The notes: generated by a model from the letters alone, not told the origin. 31,612 nt of DNA from Vampirovibrionaceae bacterium NZW_1234 (GCA_041697335.1 JBGUGD010000027.1:1-31612), one strand, 5' to 3'. Shown: positions 16,378 through 26,153, counted from the first letter of the stretch. Numbers and translations are program-made.

Positions 16378-16683
16378 CTAGTGAGGTATTTGAGCTTGAT
16401 GCATGGCTTTTTCCAAGTCTGGAGGCAGGTGCAGACCAATTTCAGTCATATCTTTTTCCAGACTCTGGATGCGCGCATCCAAATCCGCCCGATCCAGCTT
16501 GGTCAACTGAAGTTCTAGGCGATGGATGGTAAATTGCTGGCACGTAATCATCACCAACATCAGCATTAAGATAACAATGAAGGCCGTAACGGCACGATTG
16601 TGCTCCAGTGCCTGCTGCATATGCTGGTAAAACGCTGTATTGGGTTTTGGCAAAACTTTAGCGCCGCTGTACGATTGGACCAT
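16378..16683 (-). CDS. small single-TM protein with a coiled-coil-like C-terminus
   Basis: Strong AGGAGAAAGGGAG RBS; TM segment AVTAFIVILMLMLVMITC. Confidence 0.8.
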   Translation of the reverse strand: MVQSYSGAKVLPKPNTAFYQHMQQALEHNRAVTAFIVILMLMLVMITCQQFTIHRLELQLTKLDRADLDARIQSLEKDMTEIGLHLPPDLEKAMHQAQIPH

Positions 16684-16904
16684 GATTTCTCCCTTTCTCC
16701 TACGACTGATACTTTCTCGGCTTTCTCGTAGCTAAGCGTGCCCTAAGGGCGTAGCAAGTCCATATCATAAACCATCCAAAAATTTTCGCAAGATGACCCT
16801 AAAGAACGAAGATACTCTCACAGATAACTTCTTTGCCTAAAAGACAAGGCAATATAGCTTTGCCTAAAAGTTTTACTGGAATGCAATCCACGCTTTTCCT
16901 TTTA

Positions 16905-17402
16905 TCACATTAGCTTTTCAATTAATTCACGAGCTTTACAATCAATAGCATCAAGCAACGCGTGATCCGCAAAGGAAAAATCCTGGAAATCGAATCCTGG
17001 GGCAACGGTGCACCCAACCAAAGAGAATTGGCTGCCTGCCGGCAAACACGCCCCAAACCAAAGCCCGGCAGGAACCGTGTATTGGAAGACCTGCCCCTTG
17101 GCTAAATCGGACCCAAGCAACACCTCAGACACATCACCCTCTGGCGATACCATCACCACCTGCAAGGGATCACCGGCATAAAAATGCCAGGTTTCATCGG
17201 AGTGAATCCGGTGCAGCCGCGAACGCTGCCCCTGGCATAACAGATAGTAAATACTTGTGGCCATATGCCTATCCCCTGAAAAACGCTGGGGTAAAGCTTC
17301 TTTTGGGATTATCTCCGAAGCCCGATAGACCTCACGAAAATATCCCCCTTCCGGATGAGGGCTTAACCCGAGTTTCTCAATGAATTCCTGTGGCTTAGAC
17401 AT
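16905..17402 (-). CDS. cupin, DUF985/Cupin_5 family
   Basis: LGLSPHPEGGYFRE, TSIYYLL, HRIHSDETWHFYAG, LVGCTVAPGFDFQDF; likely start 17402. Confidence 0.95.
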   Translation of the reverse strand: MSKPQEFIEKLGLSPHPEGGYFREVYRASEIIPKEALPQRFSGDRHMATSIYYLLCQGQRSRLHRIHSDETWHFYAGDPLQVVMVSPEGDVSEVLLGSDLAKGQVFQYTVPAGLWFGACLPAGSQFSLVGCTVAPGFDFQDFSFADHALLDAIDCKARELIEKLM

Positions 17403-17490
17403 ACATATCAGGCTCTTGCAAAGTTGTCCGGACCGGATGAATACCGGCACAATACCATAAGCGGAATCGTCTTGCTAATGTAGTCTCCAG

Positions 17491-17506
17491 GCTTGCTTAA
17501 GCAAGC
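17491..17506. promoter_or_regulatory. perfect 16-bp palindrome GCTTGCTTAAGCAAGC
   Basis: Intergenic; a 13/16 copy is at 17684-17699. Confidence 0.55.
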
Positions 17507-17637
17507 AAATACTACCCAGTTGGGGAATATCAGCCTATAAGCCAGGTGGCTAATATATGAATAGCCCTAATTCATTGAAAAGACTCATAAGACAGTCAAG
17601 TTCTGGGAATTGAAGTAAGAGTTGTGTTTCCTTTAAT

Positions 17638-17668
17638 ATCCTCTGTCTATTGACGGAGGATTTTTTTT
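17638..17668 (+). terminator. orphan intrinsic terminator
   Basis: ATCCTCTGTC-tatt-GACGGAGGAT followed by T7; no long + strand CDS upstream. Confidence 0.85.
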
Positions 17669-17826
17669 CCTGATCGGTTTTAAGCTTGCTCAACCAAGGC
17701 CTTGCTTATAAGAATTAAGCACATCTTGGACCGTCATGTACTTTCAGGGCCCTCCTGGAGAACTTGCCCTATTTGCCCCAATGCAAAACGATATACTTTT
17801 TATGTCAATATATGTTAAGCCTTTTT

Positions 17827-17853
17827 TTAAGTTTTCCTGGAGTTCACCGAAAA
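17827..17853 (+). promoter_or_regulatory. sigma-28 (FliA)-like promoter
   Basis: TTAAGTTT-N11-ACCGAAAA versus E. coli consensus TAAAGTTT-N11-GCCGATAA. Confidence 0.55.
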
Positions 17854-17905
17854 CACTTGTACAGTGAAGATAGCTCCAGACAACCAAGAAGAGGGAGAGT
17901 TAGAT

Positions 17906-18118
17906 ATGACTCTTTATGACGACAGCCAAAGGCATTCTGGACAGAACCAAATGCAGTTCCATCCCCAGTTCTCTAGGGATTCAGAGTTCGCAGAGTTTGC
18001 CGTTTATTCCGCCCAAGGCCAATTTAACCCTACGGCACTGGCCGTAAACCACTCCCTGGAAGAAATCTTTAACGACCTTTATTATCCAGTCAGCGAAGGT
18101 CTGAAGCAATATACCTAA
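17906..18118 (+). CDS. 70-aa acidic hypothetical protein
   Basis: GAGGGAGAG RBS before ATG 17906. Confidence 0.7.
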   Translation: MTLYDDSQRHSGQNQMQFHPQFSRDSEFAEFAVYSAQGQFNPTALAVNHSLEEIFNDLYYPVSEGLKQYT

Positions 18119-18194
18119 CCCGTCTTATCTCCTATCTGCAGATATCCCCTAAATCCAAAGAAGAAGAAGTCCACAGAAGAAGAAGCAAACACCG

Positions 18195-18896
18195 ATGAAT
18201 CCCCATCTGCCCAATCATATGAATATTACGGGTTCTCCGAGTCCGGCTATCTACCGGCCCAAATATCGGCAACGCGTCAACACATCCGGCTATGTGCTAA
18301 ACGGTTCCGTGATTCGAGAAGCAGAACCCGGAATCAAGGATGCGATTACCGCATTAGAGGAGTGGCGCAGTCAGGATGAACAAGAAAACCACCCGGGTGT
18401 TCGTTGGCATGCGGATAAACTTAAGCTGCTGCAGGTGTATATCCAGCCACCGCCTCAGCCCGATTGGCATACGCTTATCTTGAAAGCCTGCCGGGAATGG
18501 GAAATGGCCAGTACCGGGTTAATTCGTTTTCAACATTGTGTTCGCCCCGAACATGCGGACATTTGTGTTGAGTGGACCGACACCGCCGTAAATGGCCGTG
18601 AGTTCGAGGTCGGTCACACAAACCGCACCCTTCAGGGGCCCTGGATTTCCAAGGTTACTATTACATTGCTGACAGAACCCGTCATTGATCGTCACCTGCT
18701 GAAACCCCAGATCCAGGATCGACTTTATACCACGGCTCTTCATGAGGTCGGTCATGCCCTTGGCCTGGAACACAGCACTCAGGCAAAAGATGTCATGCAT
18801 CACCAGGGCTGGCGGAATAAGCACCTGACGCCCAACGACGTTTCCCGCCTCAGTACGTTATACAAGCGATCGAGCTCAACCATTTCCTGGCTCTAG
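18195..18896 (+). CDS. matrixin-like (M10 metzincin) metalloprotease
   Basis: HEVGHALGLEH zinc motif, DVMH Met-turn, A..EW...IRF...ADI.V.W. Confidence 0.92.
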   Translation: MNPHLPNHMNITGSPSPAIYRPKYRQRVNTSGYVLNGSVIREAEPGIKDAITALEEWRSQDEQENHPGVRWHADKLKLLQVYIQPPPQPDWHTLILKACREWEMASTGLIRFQHCVRPEHADICVEWTDTAVNGREFEVGHTNRTLQGPWISKVTITLLTEPVIDRHLLKPQIQDRLYTTALHEVGHALGLEHSTQAKDVMHHQGWRNKHLTPNDVSRLSTLYKRSSSTISWL

Positions 18897-19014
18897 CGGC
18901 GCGCCCAACATTATCCTTTGTAAAGTGCAAAACCAGCCCCATCGTTTCCAAAGTCGTGTCTTGATGGCATAATAGGCCCGTATTCGTTTTCAGACGATTG
19001 GGAGAGGTACGCAG

Positions 19015-20790
19015 ATGTCCACGACATCCTCAGCACAAGAAACGCATTATCCAACCATCCAAAAACCAGCCGTGTCCGACTTTGTTGTTCAACCCCATAT
19101 GCAAGACTATGAAGCTATGGCCCAAACCTATAGCTGGGCCGATACGGAAAAAGAGCTTCGCCTGCCGCGTGCGAACGGATACAATAAAGCCACAATTTGC
19201 ATTGATGACCATCCCCCTGAAGTCATGCAACGCCCCGCACTGCTGTGGGAGGCGACAGATGGTCGCAAAGAGACCTATACTTTTGCCGATTTAAAGCGTG
19301 AAACCAGCAAAGCGGCCCATATGTTTAAAAATCTGGGCCTTCAGAAAGGCGAGCGGGTCTTTGTGTTCCTGGAGCGGATTCCAGAGCTTTATATCATTCT
19401 ATTCGGCGCCTTGAAAGCCCAAGCCCTGGTTGGACCGCTTTTTGCCGCCTTTGGCCCGGAAGCTATCAGGGATCGGATTGAAGACTGCGGCGCCCGGTTC
19501 GTGGTGACCTCACCTGCCTTGAAACCCCGAGTGGATGCCATTCTTAAAGATTGCCCCAGCGTGGAAAAAGTAATTCTCGTGGACCGGGATCAGAGCTATT
19601 TGACGTCACTACAGTCTCATGAGCTGCTCTATCACGAAGCTATTGCCAATGTACCCGATACCTTTGAAGTCCCCTATACCGACAAAGACGATTACAGCAT
19701 CATTCATTACACCTCGGGTACCACAGGCAAGCCCAAAGGGGCCGTTCATCGTCACTATGCGATTGTCAGCCAGGCAGCCACCGGCAAGTATATTCTCGAC
19801 TTTCACCCGGAACAGGACATTTACTGGTGTACTGCTGATCCGGGTTGGGTTACCGGCACCTCCTACGGGATGTTTGCCCCCTGGGCCTGGGGGACAACCC
19901 AAGTGGTCTATGAAGGGCCATTCAAGGCTGAGACCTGGTACCGGCTCCTGCAGGATTACAAGGTCACTGTATGGTATACCGCCCCAACAGCCATTCGCAT
20001 GCTGATGAAGGCCGGAGATGACATTGTCAAGAACTTCGACTTCAGCCATCTGCGCCATTCCTTGAGCGTCGGTGAGCCATTAAATCCGGAAGCCGTGGTT
20101 TGGGGACAGCGAGTGTTGGGACAAGTATTCCACGACACCTGGTGGCAAACGGAAACAGGAGCCATGCACATCTGCAACTATCCATGTATGCCCGTTAAGC
20201 CGGGATCTATGGGGCGCCCCTTCCCCGGGGTGAAAGCCGGCATTCTGGATGACCAATGGCAGGAACTCCCCCCCGGCGAGGAAGGGAACCTGGCGCTTCG
20301 CCCGGACGCCCCCTCCATTTTCAGAACCTACTGGAAGCGCGAGGAAATGTACGAATCCCGCTTTAAAAACGGCTGGTACATTACTGGCGACCGCGCCACC
20401 ATGGACAAAGACGGCTATTTCTGGTTTTTTGGCCGGGCCGATGACGTGATCAATACCGCCGGCCACCTGGTAGGCCCATTCGAGGTGGAGAGTGCCCTGA
20501 TTGAACACCCGGCTGTTGCGGAAGCAGGGGTCATCGGCAAGCCTGACCCCGAGCGCATGGAGATTGTCAAAGCTTTCGTCTCCCTCAAGGCAGGTTTCAG
20601 CCCCTCGGAGGAATTGCGCCAGGAAATCCAGGTGTTTGTCCGCAATCTGTTGGCAGCCCATGCCTACCCCCGGGAAATCGAATTTATCGATAGCCTCCCC
20701 AAAACCCGGAGCGGCAAGATTATGCGTCGTCTTCTAAAGGCTCGCGAGCTGGGGCTGCCCGAAGGTGACACCTCCACGCTGGAAGACTAG
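19015..20790 (+). CDS. acsA: acetate--CoA ligase (acetyl-CoA synthetase)
   Basis: YTSGTTGKPKG, WCTADPGWVTG, DTWWQTETG, GRADDVI, LPKTRSGKIMRR; GGAGAGG RBS. Confidence 0.95.
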   Translation: MSTTSSAQETHYPTIQKPAVSDFVVQPHMQDYEAMAQTYSWADTEKELRLPRANGYNKATICIDDHPPEVMQRPALLWEATDGRKETYTFADLKRETSKAAHMFKNLGLQKGERVFVFLERIPELYIILFGALKAQALVGPLFAAFGPEAIRDRIEDCGARFVVTSPALKPRVDAILKDCPSVEKVILVDRDQSYLTSLQSHELLYHEAIANVPDTFEVPYTDKDDYSIIHYTSGTTGKPKGAVHRHYAIVSQAATGKYILDFHPEQDIYWCTADPGWVTGTSYGMFAPWAWGTTQVVYEGPFKAETWYRLLQDYKVTVWYTAPTAIRMLMKAGDDIVKNFDFSHLRHSLSVGEPLNPEAVVWGQRVLGQVFHDTWWQTETGAMHICNYPCMPVKPGSMGRPFPGVKAGILDDQWQELPPGEEGNLALRPDAPSIFRTYWKREEMYESRFKNGWYITGDRATMDKDGYFWFFGRADDVINTAGHLVGPFEVESALIEHPAVAEAGVIGKPDPERMEIVKAFVSLKAGFSPSEELRQEIQVFVRNLLAAHAYPREIEFIDSLPKTRSGKIMRRLLKARELGLPEGDTSTLED

Positions 20791-21206
20791 CATGCTTTCC
20801 ACTATTTCTTTCAGGCACAGTCTTCCTGTGCAATCCTCCAACTCCAATCAGGCCTCAACAACCCGAGACAGAGGCAGGCTTAAAGCAACACAGTAGAAAC
20901 ACTCGGCCAACAAAACGCTGCCAATTCGGCTCTGTGATTTGATAGCCGTCTCCGTACGCGCAAATTGCGCGTACGGAGATATTTGGTTCGGATAGATGTA
21001 TTTCAATGGTGTTCTGGCCAGTGCAGCAACAGCGCCTTAGTGCCATTCATGTCTTTACGGGGACACGTTGACACAGCCACTCCGCCTATCCTTAACCCAG
21101 GCCCAATTGTTAACGTTTTGTAATATGTCGTTCTGAAAGATCTTTTGATTGTTTTTATATTTATATCGCTTCATCTTTTTTTATTTAGAGTTAGGAGGTT
21201 TCGCAG

Positions 21207-21899
21207 GTGAATCTGAGTTCTTTGTCATCGCTTTTACAACCCCAACTATCCTCGTCGTCCCTTCTGGGCGGCTCGAGCCTCCTAGGTGGTGCATCCAGCC
21301 TACTTGGCGGCTCATCACTCCTGAGCGACCCCTTTAGTGCCTTGGGTAGCTCCAGTCTCTCAAGCCTTACCGGCTCCAGCATTCTTGGCGGTATTCCCGG
21401 CCTATCGGGAGCGCCCTCGCCATTCACGTCCATCGGTCGTCCGGCTCCAGCTCCCCAGAAGCCGATGCCAGATACCAGCACCTTTCTGGTCCAAACCCTG
21501 GTCAAAACCCTGCTGAAAAAAGCCTTGGGCGATATCGATCCCGAATCACCCAAAGCCATGGTGCTTCAGCTCCTGTTCAAAATGATGGGCCTGCCCATGG
21601 ACGATTTATTCAAGTCTAAAAAGTCGGACCCGGTCCGTAGTTCGCTTTTAACGCAGCTCAGAAATCTTGAACCCGAATCGCCTCAGGCGGTGGCTATTCA
21701 AGCTCGTCTGGCACGCCTTGACTCAGAATCTGATGAAGACAGCAATCCCATGGGTTCTATCATGAAAATGATGACCGGCGGCCAAGGCGGTGGCGACCCC
21801 ATGAGCTCCATGATGAGCATGCTGACGGGTGGCCAAGGTGGCAGCGACCCCATGATGAGCATGATGGGCATGCTCATGAGTTCGATGTTCAAGAGCTAA
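21207..21899 (+). CDS. Ser/Leu/Gly/Met-rich repeat protein (harpin-like composition)
   Basis: AGGAGG RBS before GTG; SSLLGG repeats; three 17-aa C-terminal repeats; no Cys, Trp, Tyr or His. Confidence 0.85.
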   Translation: MNLSSLSSLLQPQLSSSSLLGGSSLLGGASSLLGGSSLLSDPFSALGSSSLSSLTGSSILGGIPGLSGAPSPFTSIGRPAPAPQKPMPDTSTFLVQTLVKTLLKKALGDIDPESPKAMVLQLLFKMMGLPMDDLFKSKKSDPVRSSLLTQLRNLEPESPQAVAIQARLARLDSESDEDSNPMGSIMKMMTGGQGGGDPMSSMMSMLTGGQGGSDPMMSMMGMLMSSMFKS

Positions 21900-21903
21900 T
21901 CGC

Positions 21904-22911
21904 CTAGCTAAGCAAGGACGATAAAATTGCAAAAAAATCAAATCCCGCGTGGACAATAATTGCAGCGGTCGTATTCCAGCGGTACCGAACAAAACCCAGG
22001 AATAGCCCTACAATGAACAGCTCAATGAGCAAAACGGTCAGTCCATAGTGGATATGTATCAGCGCGAACAACAGTGCCGTGGGTACAATACCGAATACAG
22101 GTTGAATGAGCCCACGAAAAAGTGTCTCTTCGCCAACGCCGGCAGTGACACCCACGATGGTTGCCGCCATCAATGTGTAGCCAACACTCCCATGGGTCTG
22201 CATGGCCTTGCCAATTTCAGTCAATGTTTGACGGGTTTGGGGATCGACCCACTGGAGCAATACGGGCTCAATGATGTGTATAAACAGTGCCAGCAAAAAG
22301 GCATACCCAATCATAAGTCCCACCGTCTTCCAGGGAAGCCGGGTTAATCCCAAGTCGGCTAAGACCTCGCCAAAAGGTTTATATATCCAGATACCTCCGG
22401 CCACAAGGCTGAACGCAACGAATATGACAGCGTTCAGAATGGCAGATGTAAAAATCGGAGTCGATTTCAAGCTTTCAATGATGGCGTCAGGGTTGTAGAG
22501 TACCGAAATCAACGCCACCACAAAAATCATTACCGTACCATACATATACAGGGACCAGGTATGGACTGGTGCAGCGGGGTCCAAGCCAGGAAAAACGGTT
22601 CTCGACAAGAGCACCCGAACTGGGGGAATCAAGCTGAAAAGGCCCATCAACCCCAAGGATAGAAAAATAAAGCCCAGTGCACCAAAATTGGATGCCCCCA
22701 CCATTCCCATGCCGGTGACTGAAGGGTTATTTTGGATCAGTAGCAACGCCCCACCGAGAAGCCCTGTAATCCCTGTCAGAATACCGATCAGGGTCAGTAC
22801 CCCATAACGAGCGATATCGTTGCGTCGCCCCCACTGGCCAAACCAGCCCACAAGCGCGACAAACATCATAAAAACGGTAAAAAGCAAAAGCTGAAACGTA
22901 GTACTCGACAT
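21904..22911 (-). CDS. CPBP/Abi (type II CAAX) intramembrane metalloprotease
   Basis: GEETLFRG, LFALIH, AIIVHAGFD motifs; many TM segments. Confidence 0.93.
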   Translation of the reverse strand: MSSTTFQLLLFTVFMMFVALVGWFGQWGRRNDIARYGVLTLIGILTGITGLLGGALLLIQNNPSVTGMGMVGASNFGALGFIFLSLGLMGLFSLIPPVRVLLSRTVFPGLDPAAPVHTWSLYMYGTVMIFVVALISVLYNPDAIIESLKSTPIFTSAILNAVIFVAFSLVAGGIWIYKPFGEVLADLGLTRLPWKTVGLMIGYAFLLALFIHIIEPVLLQWVDPQTRQTLTEIGKAMQTHGSVGYTLMAATIVGVTAGVGEETLFRGLIQPVFGIVPTALLFALIHIHYGLTVLLIELFIVGLFLGFVRYRWNTTAAIIVHAGFDFFAILSSLLS

Positions 22912-22989
22912 CCGTGCACGGTCTTTGGTTAAAACTCATCGAAATCCTAACACGGATGTTAGGCCCGAGGCATCCATTGCCTGGATGGG

Positions 22990-23406
22990 TTAGTGGCTGT
23001 TGAGGATGTAGCGTAGCTTTTCTTCTTGCTCCCGGTTTAAAATCCGGCGCTTATTGAGGTAGATCTGGGTCGCGTCCATGCGCAATCGCGCATTATCTTG
23101 GTGAATCTGCTGTTGTAGCTGAAGAATATCTTCTTCACGCCCGCCTGGTGAGGCCATAAGCGTCTTCAGCTTCTTCCGGTTACTCTGAAGACGAGGAGCC
23201 ACCTGCGAAACCGACGATTTCCACTGCCGATCCAATTGATGCAATTGCTCGCGTTGTTGAGTAGATAAATCCAGGCTTTCCCAATCAATTTCAACAATTT
23301 CGTCTTTTGCCATTACGGGCGTACCTGTAGACCAAAGCACATAACAAACTAATGCCAAGACAGAGCAAACAGTGATAAACCATTGAGCGTGACGAGTAAC
23401 TACCAT
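22990..23406 (-). CDS. Spy/CpxP-like periplasmic protein
   Basis: Signal peptide, LDLSTQQ and ILNREQ (LTxxQ-type) motifs; GAAGGA RBS supports start 23406. Confidence 0.85.
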   Translation of the reverse strand: MVVTRHAQWFITVCSVLALVCYVLWSTGTPVMAKDEIVEIDWESLDLSTQQREQLHQLDRQWKSSVSQVAPRLQSNRKKLKTLMASPGGREEDILQLQQQIHQDNARLRMDATQIYLNKRRILNREQEEKLRYILNSH

Positions 23407-23431
23407 TGGGTTTCCTTCATACTCTTCCTTC

Positions 23432-24481
23432 TTATGGTGACTCACTAAACAGATATGCAGACACATCTGTTTGAGAAGCATCGACTGCTTCTTCGCCTAG
23501 TAAGGGATCTGAAGACTGAGAAAATAAATACGCTTCAGGCGTACTGTAGATAACGTTATACGTAGCATCAACTTCTTTGGAGACTTGGCGTTTAGCTGAT
23601 TCCTGCTGATCAGCCATCAGGGCACTTTCCAACGCAGCAACATTGATGGTTTGGGGAGCCTCAGCCTCTTGCAACCCCGTCTGTGAGAAAATGGACGGTC
23701 CGGCATACACAAAGAGTAACATTGCTGCGGCAACGGTCCCGGTCAGTGCCAAGGGCAAGCGGCGTCTCCAGAATGGCACCACATTCGATTTGGGTTTTAA
23801 GGCCCCTTCAACCTGAGGCCACAGATCCAATTGGATACGCGCCTGAGCCTGAACATACCAGGACTTCAAGTACTTCACCGTAACATGTGCCGAGGTGAGC
23901 TCGTCCTGACATGGTGGGCATTGTTCCAGATGAACAGTCAACATGGCCTTTGTTTCAGCCGACAAATGGTCATCCACGGCGGTAGAAAACACTTCATAAT
24001 CCACCACACCACATCCGGACATCGGAAAAGGCGTCTCATCGGTCAGGGTTTTACGCTCCTCGGAAAAGCGCATCATCACAGAAGCCGAAAGATCAAAACG
24101 CTCCAACTGCTCTTCAAGCCGGTATAAATGGCGGCGATAACTATCTTGCACCTCAAACAAAAGCCCCAACTGCTGATGACATGGCATGCACTGGGGCAAA
24201 TGTTTTTCAAAATTCTGGATGCGGGTTGTCAGAAGCACCGGATCCGTCAGTTCCAGGTCCAGCTGCTGATCGAAATAGGTTGAAATGAACTCGAAATCGT
24301 ACTGGCAAGGCGGTGCACTGGCGAGATCGGCTTTGAAAAGATCCATGACACTTTGCGTCAGGTCTGGAACATCTACCAACTTCTGTTCCAAAATCCGTTC
24401 AACGTCTGATGGAACATCCACTTGCTCAGGCAAGCGATTTTGGCTGTGATCCGATGCATCGGGGAATGGTTTTTCGGACAT
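23432..24481 (-). CDS. membrane-anchored anti-sigma factor with two zinc-finger (ZAS) motifs
   Basis: HLPQCMPC and HLEQCPPC (HxxxCxxC); VVPFWRRR followed by a TM segment; directly downstream of the ECF sigma gene. Confidence 0.85.
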   Translation of the reverse strand: MSEKPFPDASDHSQNRLPEQVDVPSDVERILEQKLVDVPDLTQSVMDLFKADLASAPPCQYDFEFISTYFDQQLDLELTDPVLLTTRIQNFEKHLPQCMPCHQQLGLLFEVQDSYRRHLYRLEEQLERFDLSASVMMRFSEERKTLTDETPFPMSGCGVVDYEVFSTAVDDHLSAETKAMLTVHLEQCPPCQDELTSAHVTVKYLKSWYVQAQARIQLDLWPQVEGALKPKSNVVPFWRRRLPLALTGTVAAAMLLFVYAGPSIFSQTGLQEAEAPQTINVAALESALMADQQESAKRQVSKEVDATYNVIYSTPEAYLFSQSSDPLLGEEAVDASQTDVSAYLFSESP

Positions 24482-24486
24482 GAACC

Positions 24487-25161
24487 TTACTTTCCTTTTA
24501 AATAAGGCGCAATGGCTTCTTGCAGTTTCAAACGGGCACGAGCCAGGCGAGACTTAACCGTTCCCAAGTTAGAGTTAGTGAGACTGGCTATCTCTTCATA
24601 ACTCATGCCTTGTAATTCTCTTAGGACGATAATTGTTCGAAACTGTTCCGGCAGGTTTTGAATGGCTTGGCGAATCGTATCATCCAACTCTCCTCCCAGG
24701 GCCATAATCTCCGGATGGTTGGATTCATCCGGGATATCCCGACTCAAGGTATTCTCACCGCTGCCGTCATCGGCATTAAACACGGGTTCATCCATAGAAA
24801 CCGTCTTCAGCTGTCTCGGCATTTTACGCAACTCGTCATAGAAGAGATTGGTAATAATTCGATTCAGCCAGTACTTAAACGTCTTTGGGTTACGAACCGA
24901 TTTAATGGAACGGCACATCCGAAGCAGCACTTCCTGGGTTAAGTCGGCCGTATCGTTGCGTTCAGGAGCAAGCTGATACAGGGTCAGATAAACCGAGCGC
25001 TGATAGCGCTGAACCAACTCCTCCAGTGCCCTCATATCGTCTTGTTGGGCTAAAGTTACCAGCTCTTCGGTACTTAAATTTTTTAAGGCGGTGCCTTGCG
25101 GCAGATTGCTACTCACGGTGGCCCCTGTATGCATGGACGGTTCGTTAATGCATTTTACCAT
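24487..25161 (-). CDS. ECF RNA polymerase sigma factor (cyanobacterial SigG-like)
   Basis: DLTQEV, FKYWLNRIITNLFYDELRK, LPEQFRTIIVLRELQGMSYEEIA, GTVKSRLARAR. Confidence 0.95.
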   Translation of the reverse strand: MVKCINEPSMHTGATVSSNLPQGTALKNLSTEELVTLAQQDDMRALEELVQRYQRSVYLTLYQLAPERNDTADLTQEVLLRMCRSIKSVRNPKTFKYWLNRIITNLFYDELRKMPRQLKTVSMDEPVFNADDGSGENTLSRDIPDESNHPEIMALGGELDDTIRQAIQNLPEQFRTIIVLRELQGMSYEEIASLTNSNLGTVKSRLARARLKLQEAIAPYLKGK

Positions 25162-25197
25162 AGCCAGAAGTGCGATACCTCTGGAGAGCCATTACCC

Positions 25198-25902
25198 TTA
25201 ACTGTCTTGTAAATGTTTTTTCTGCTCCAATTCCAAGCGAAAACAAAGGCCGACCAACCGATCTTCCTGGTGCGGGTTCAAGTTCACAAATCTGACGGCA
25301 GAGGCAAACTCAGTACGTTTTCGGTTGCGATTGAACGGAGACGGACTACACGCTACAATTTCGCCTTCCAAGCGAAATTCATACGGGAAGGCATCAGGTT
25401 TAAAGACCAACTTGACAACCTCACCCAGCTGAAATGATTCAAAAGAAATAAATCGTAGCCCTCCCCCACTGATGTTCACGGTCTGTCCAGCAAATTCGAA
25501 CCCTTGCCCGTCACGGACACAGGCCCCTTTAATAGGGAACTTAACCGAAATACGCACATGACGTCGCCGCTTGACGAAATAGTCCTCAAATACCACAGGA
25601 ACCGGAACCCAGCAGCCAAAATAATCTTCGCTGCGGAACAGCTTAAAGATATTGGAGTCAATCCTGGGGATTTGCTGGTCTTCGCGCATGAATTCCAGGC
25701 GAATGGGAGAACCAAAACGAATATACTGTTTGACTTCATCCACGTAAGGAACGTCAATCAGAATCTGATCCTCTGAAATATCCCGAATAAAGGTCTTGAA
25801 CTCCAGGCAACTGGAACGATCTTGAACAGGCCACACCGTAGCTTTTATTCGTTCGTGAATATCCAGGATTTCATTGAGGGCAAAAATCCGTTTAGGGGGC
25901 AC
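25198..25902 (-). CDS. YcgR-like PilZ-domain c-di-GMP effector
   Basis: RRRHVR and NISGGG c-di-GMP motifs after a YcgR-like N-terminal domain. Confidence 0.9.
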   Translation of the reverse strand: MPPKRIFALNEILDIHERIKATVWPVQDRSSCLEFKTFIRDISEDQILIDVPYVDEVKQYIRFGSPIRLEFMREDQQIPRIDSNIFKLFRSEDYFGCWVPVPVVFEDYFVKRRRHVRISVKFPIKGACVRDGQGFEFAGQTVNISGGGLRFISFESFQLGEVVKLVFKPDAFPYEFRLEGEIVACSPSPFNRNRKRTEFASAVRFVNLNPHQEDRLVGLCFRLELEQKKHLQDS

Positions 25903-26124
25903 TGCACTCGGTTTCCTTCAGTCGAAAATCGCTCTCATTATCATGACTGCCCTCGGGGTAGACATATCTTACTCATAGTAGCACAAGGAACCCATCCGAC
26001 TGTATGATCACGCAAAGAATGGCTGGAGGACCCCAAATTTGCATGGAAATTATTTTCCCTATAAGATGATGTTTACTTCACTTTGAGATCCAGGTGCTTC
26101 TTCGCAGCACCTGTCTACGAGAGT

Positions 26125-26153
26125 TTGACATCCCAAAAACTTCTCGTTATAGT
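26125..26153 (+). promoter_or_regulatory. sigma-70 promoter of rplU-rpmA
   Basis: TTGACA-N17-TATAGT, 42 nt before ATG 26196. Confidence 0.85.

Noticed and set aside
18159..18185. AGAAGAAGAAG repeated twice upstream of the matrixin gene
   Set aside because: Simple low-complexity purine tract with no further support.
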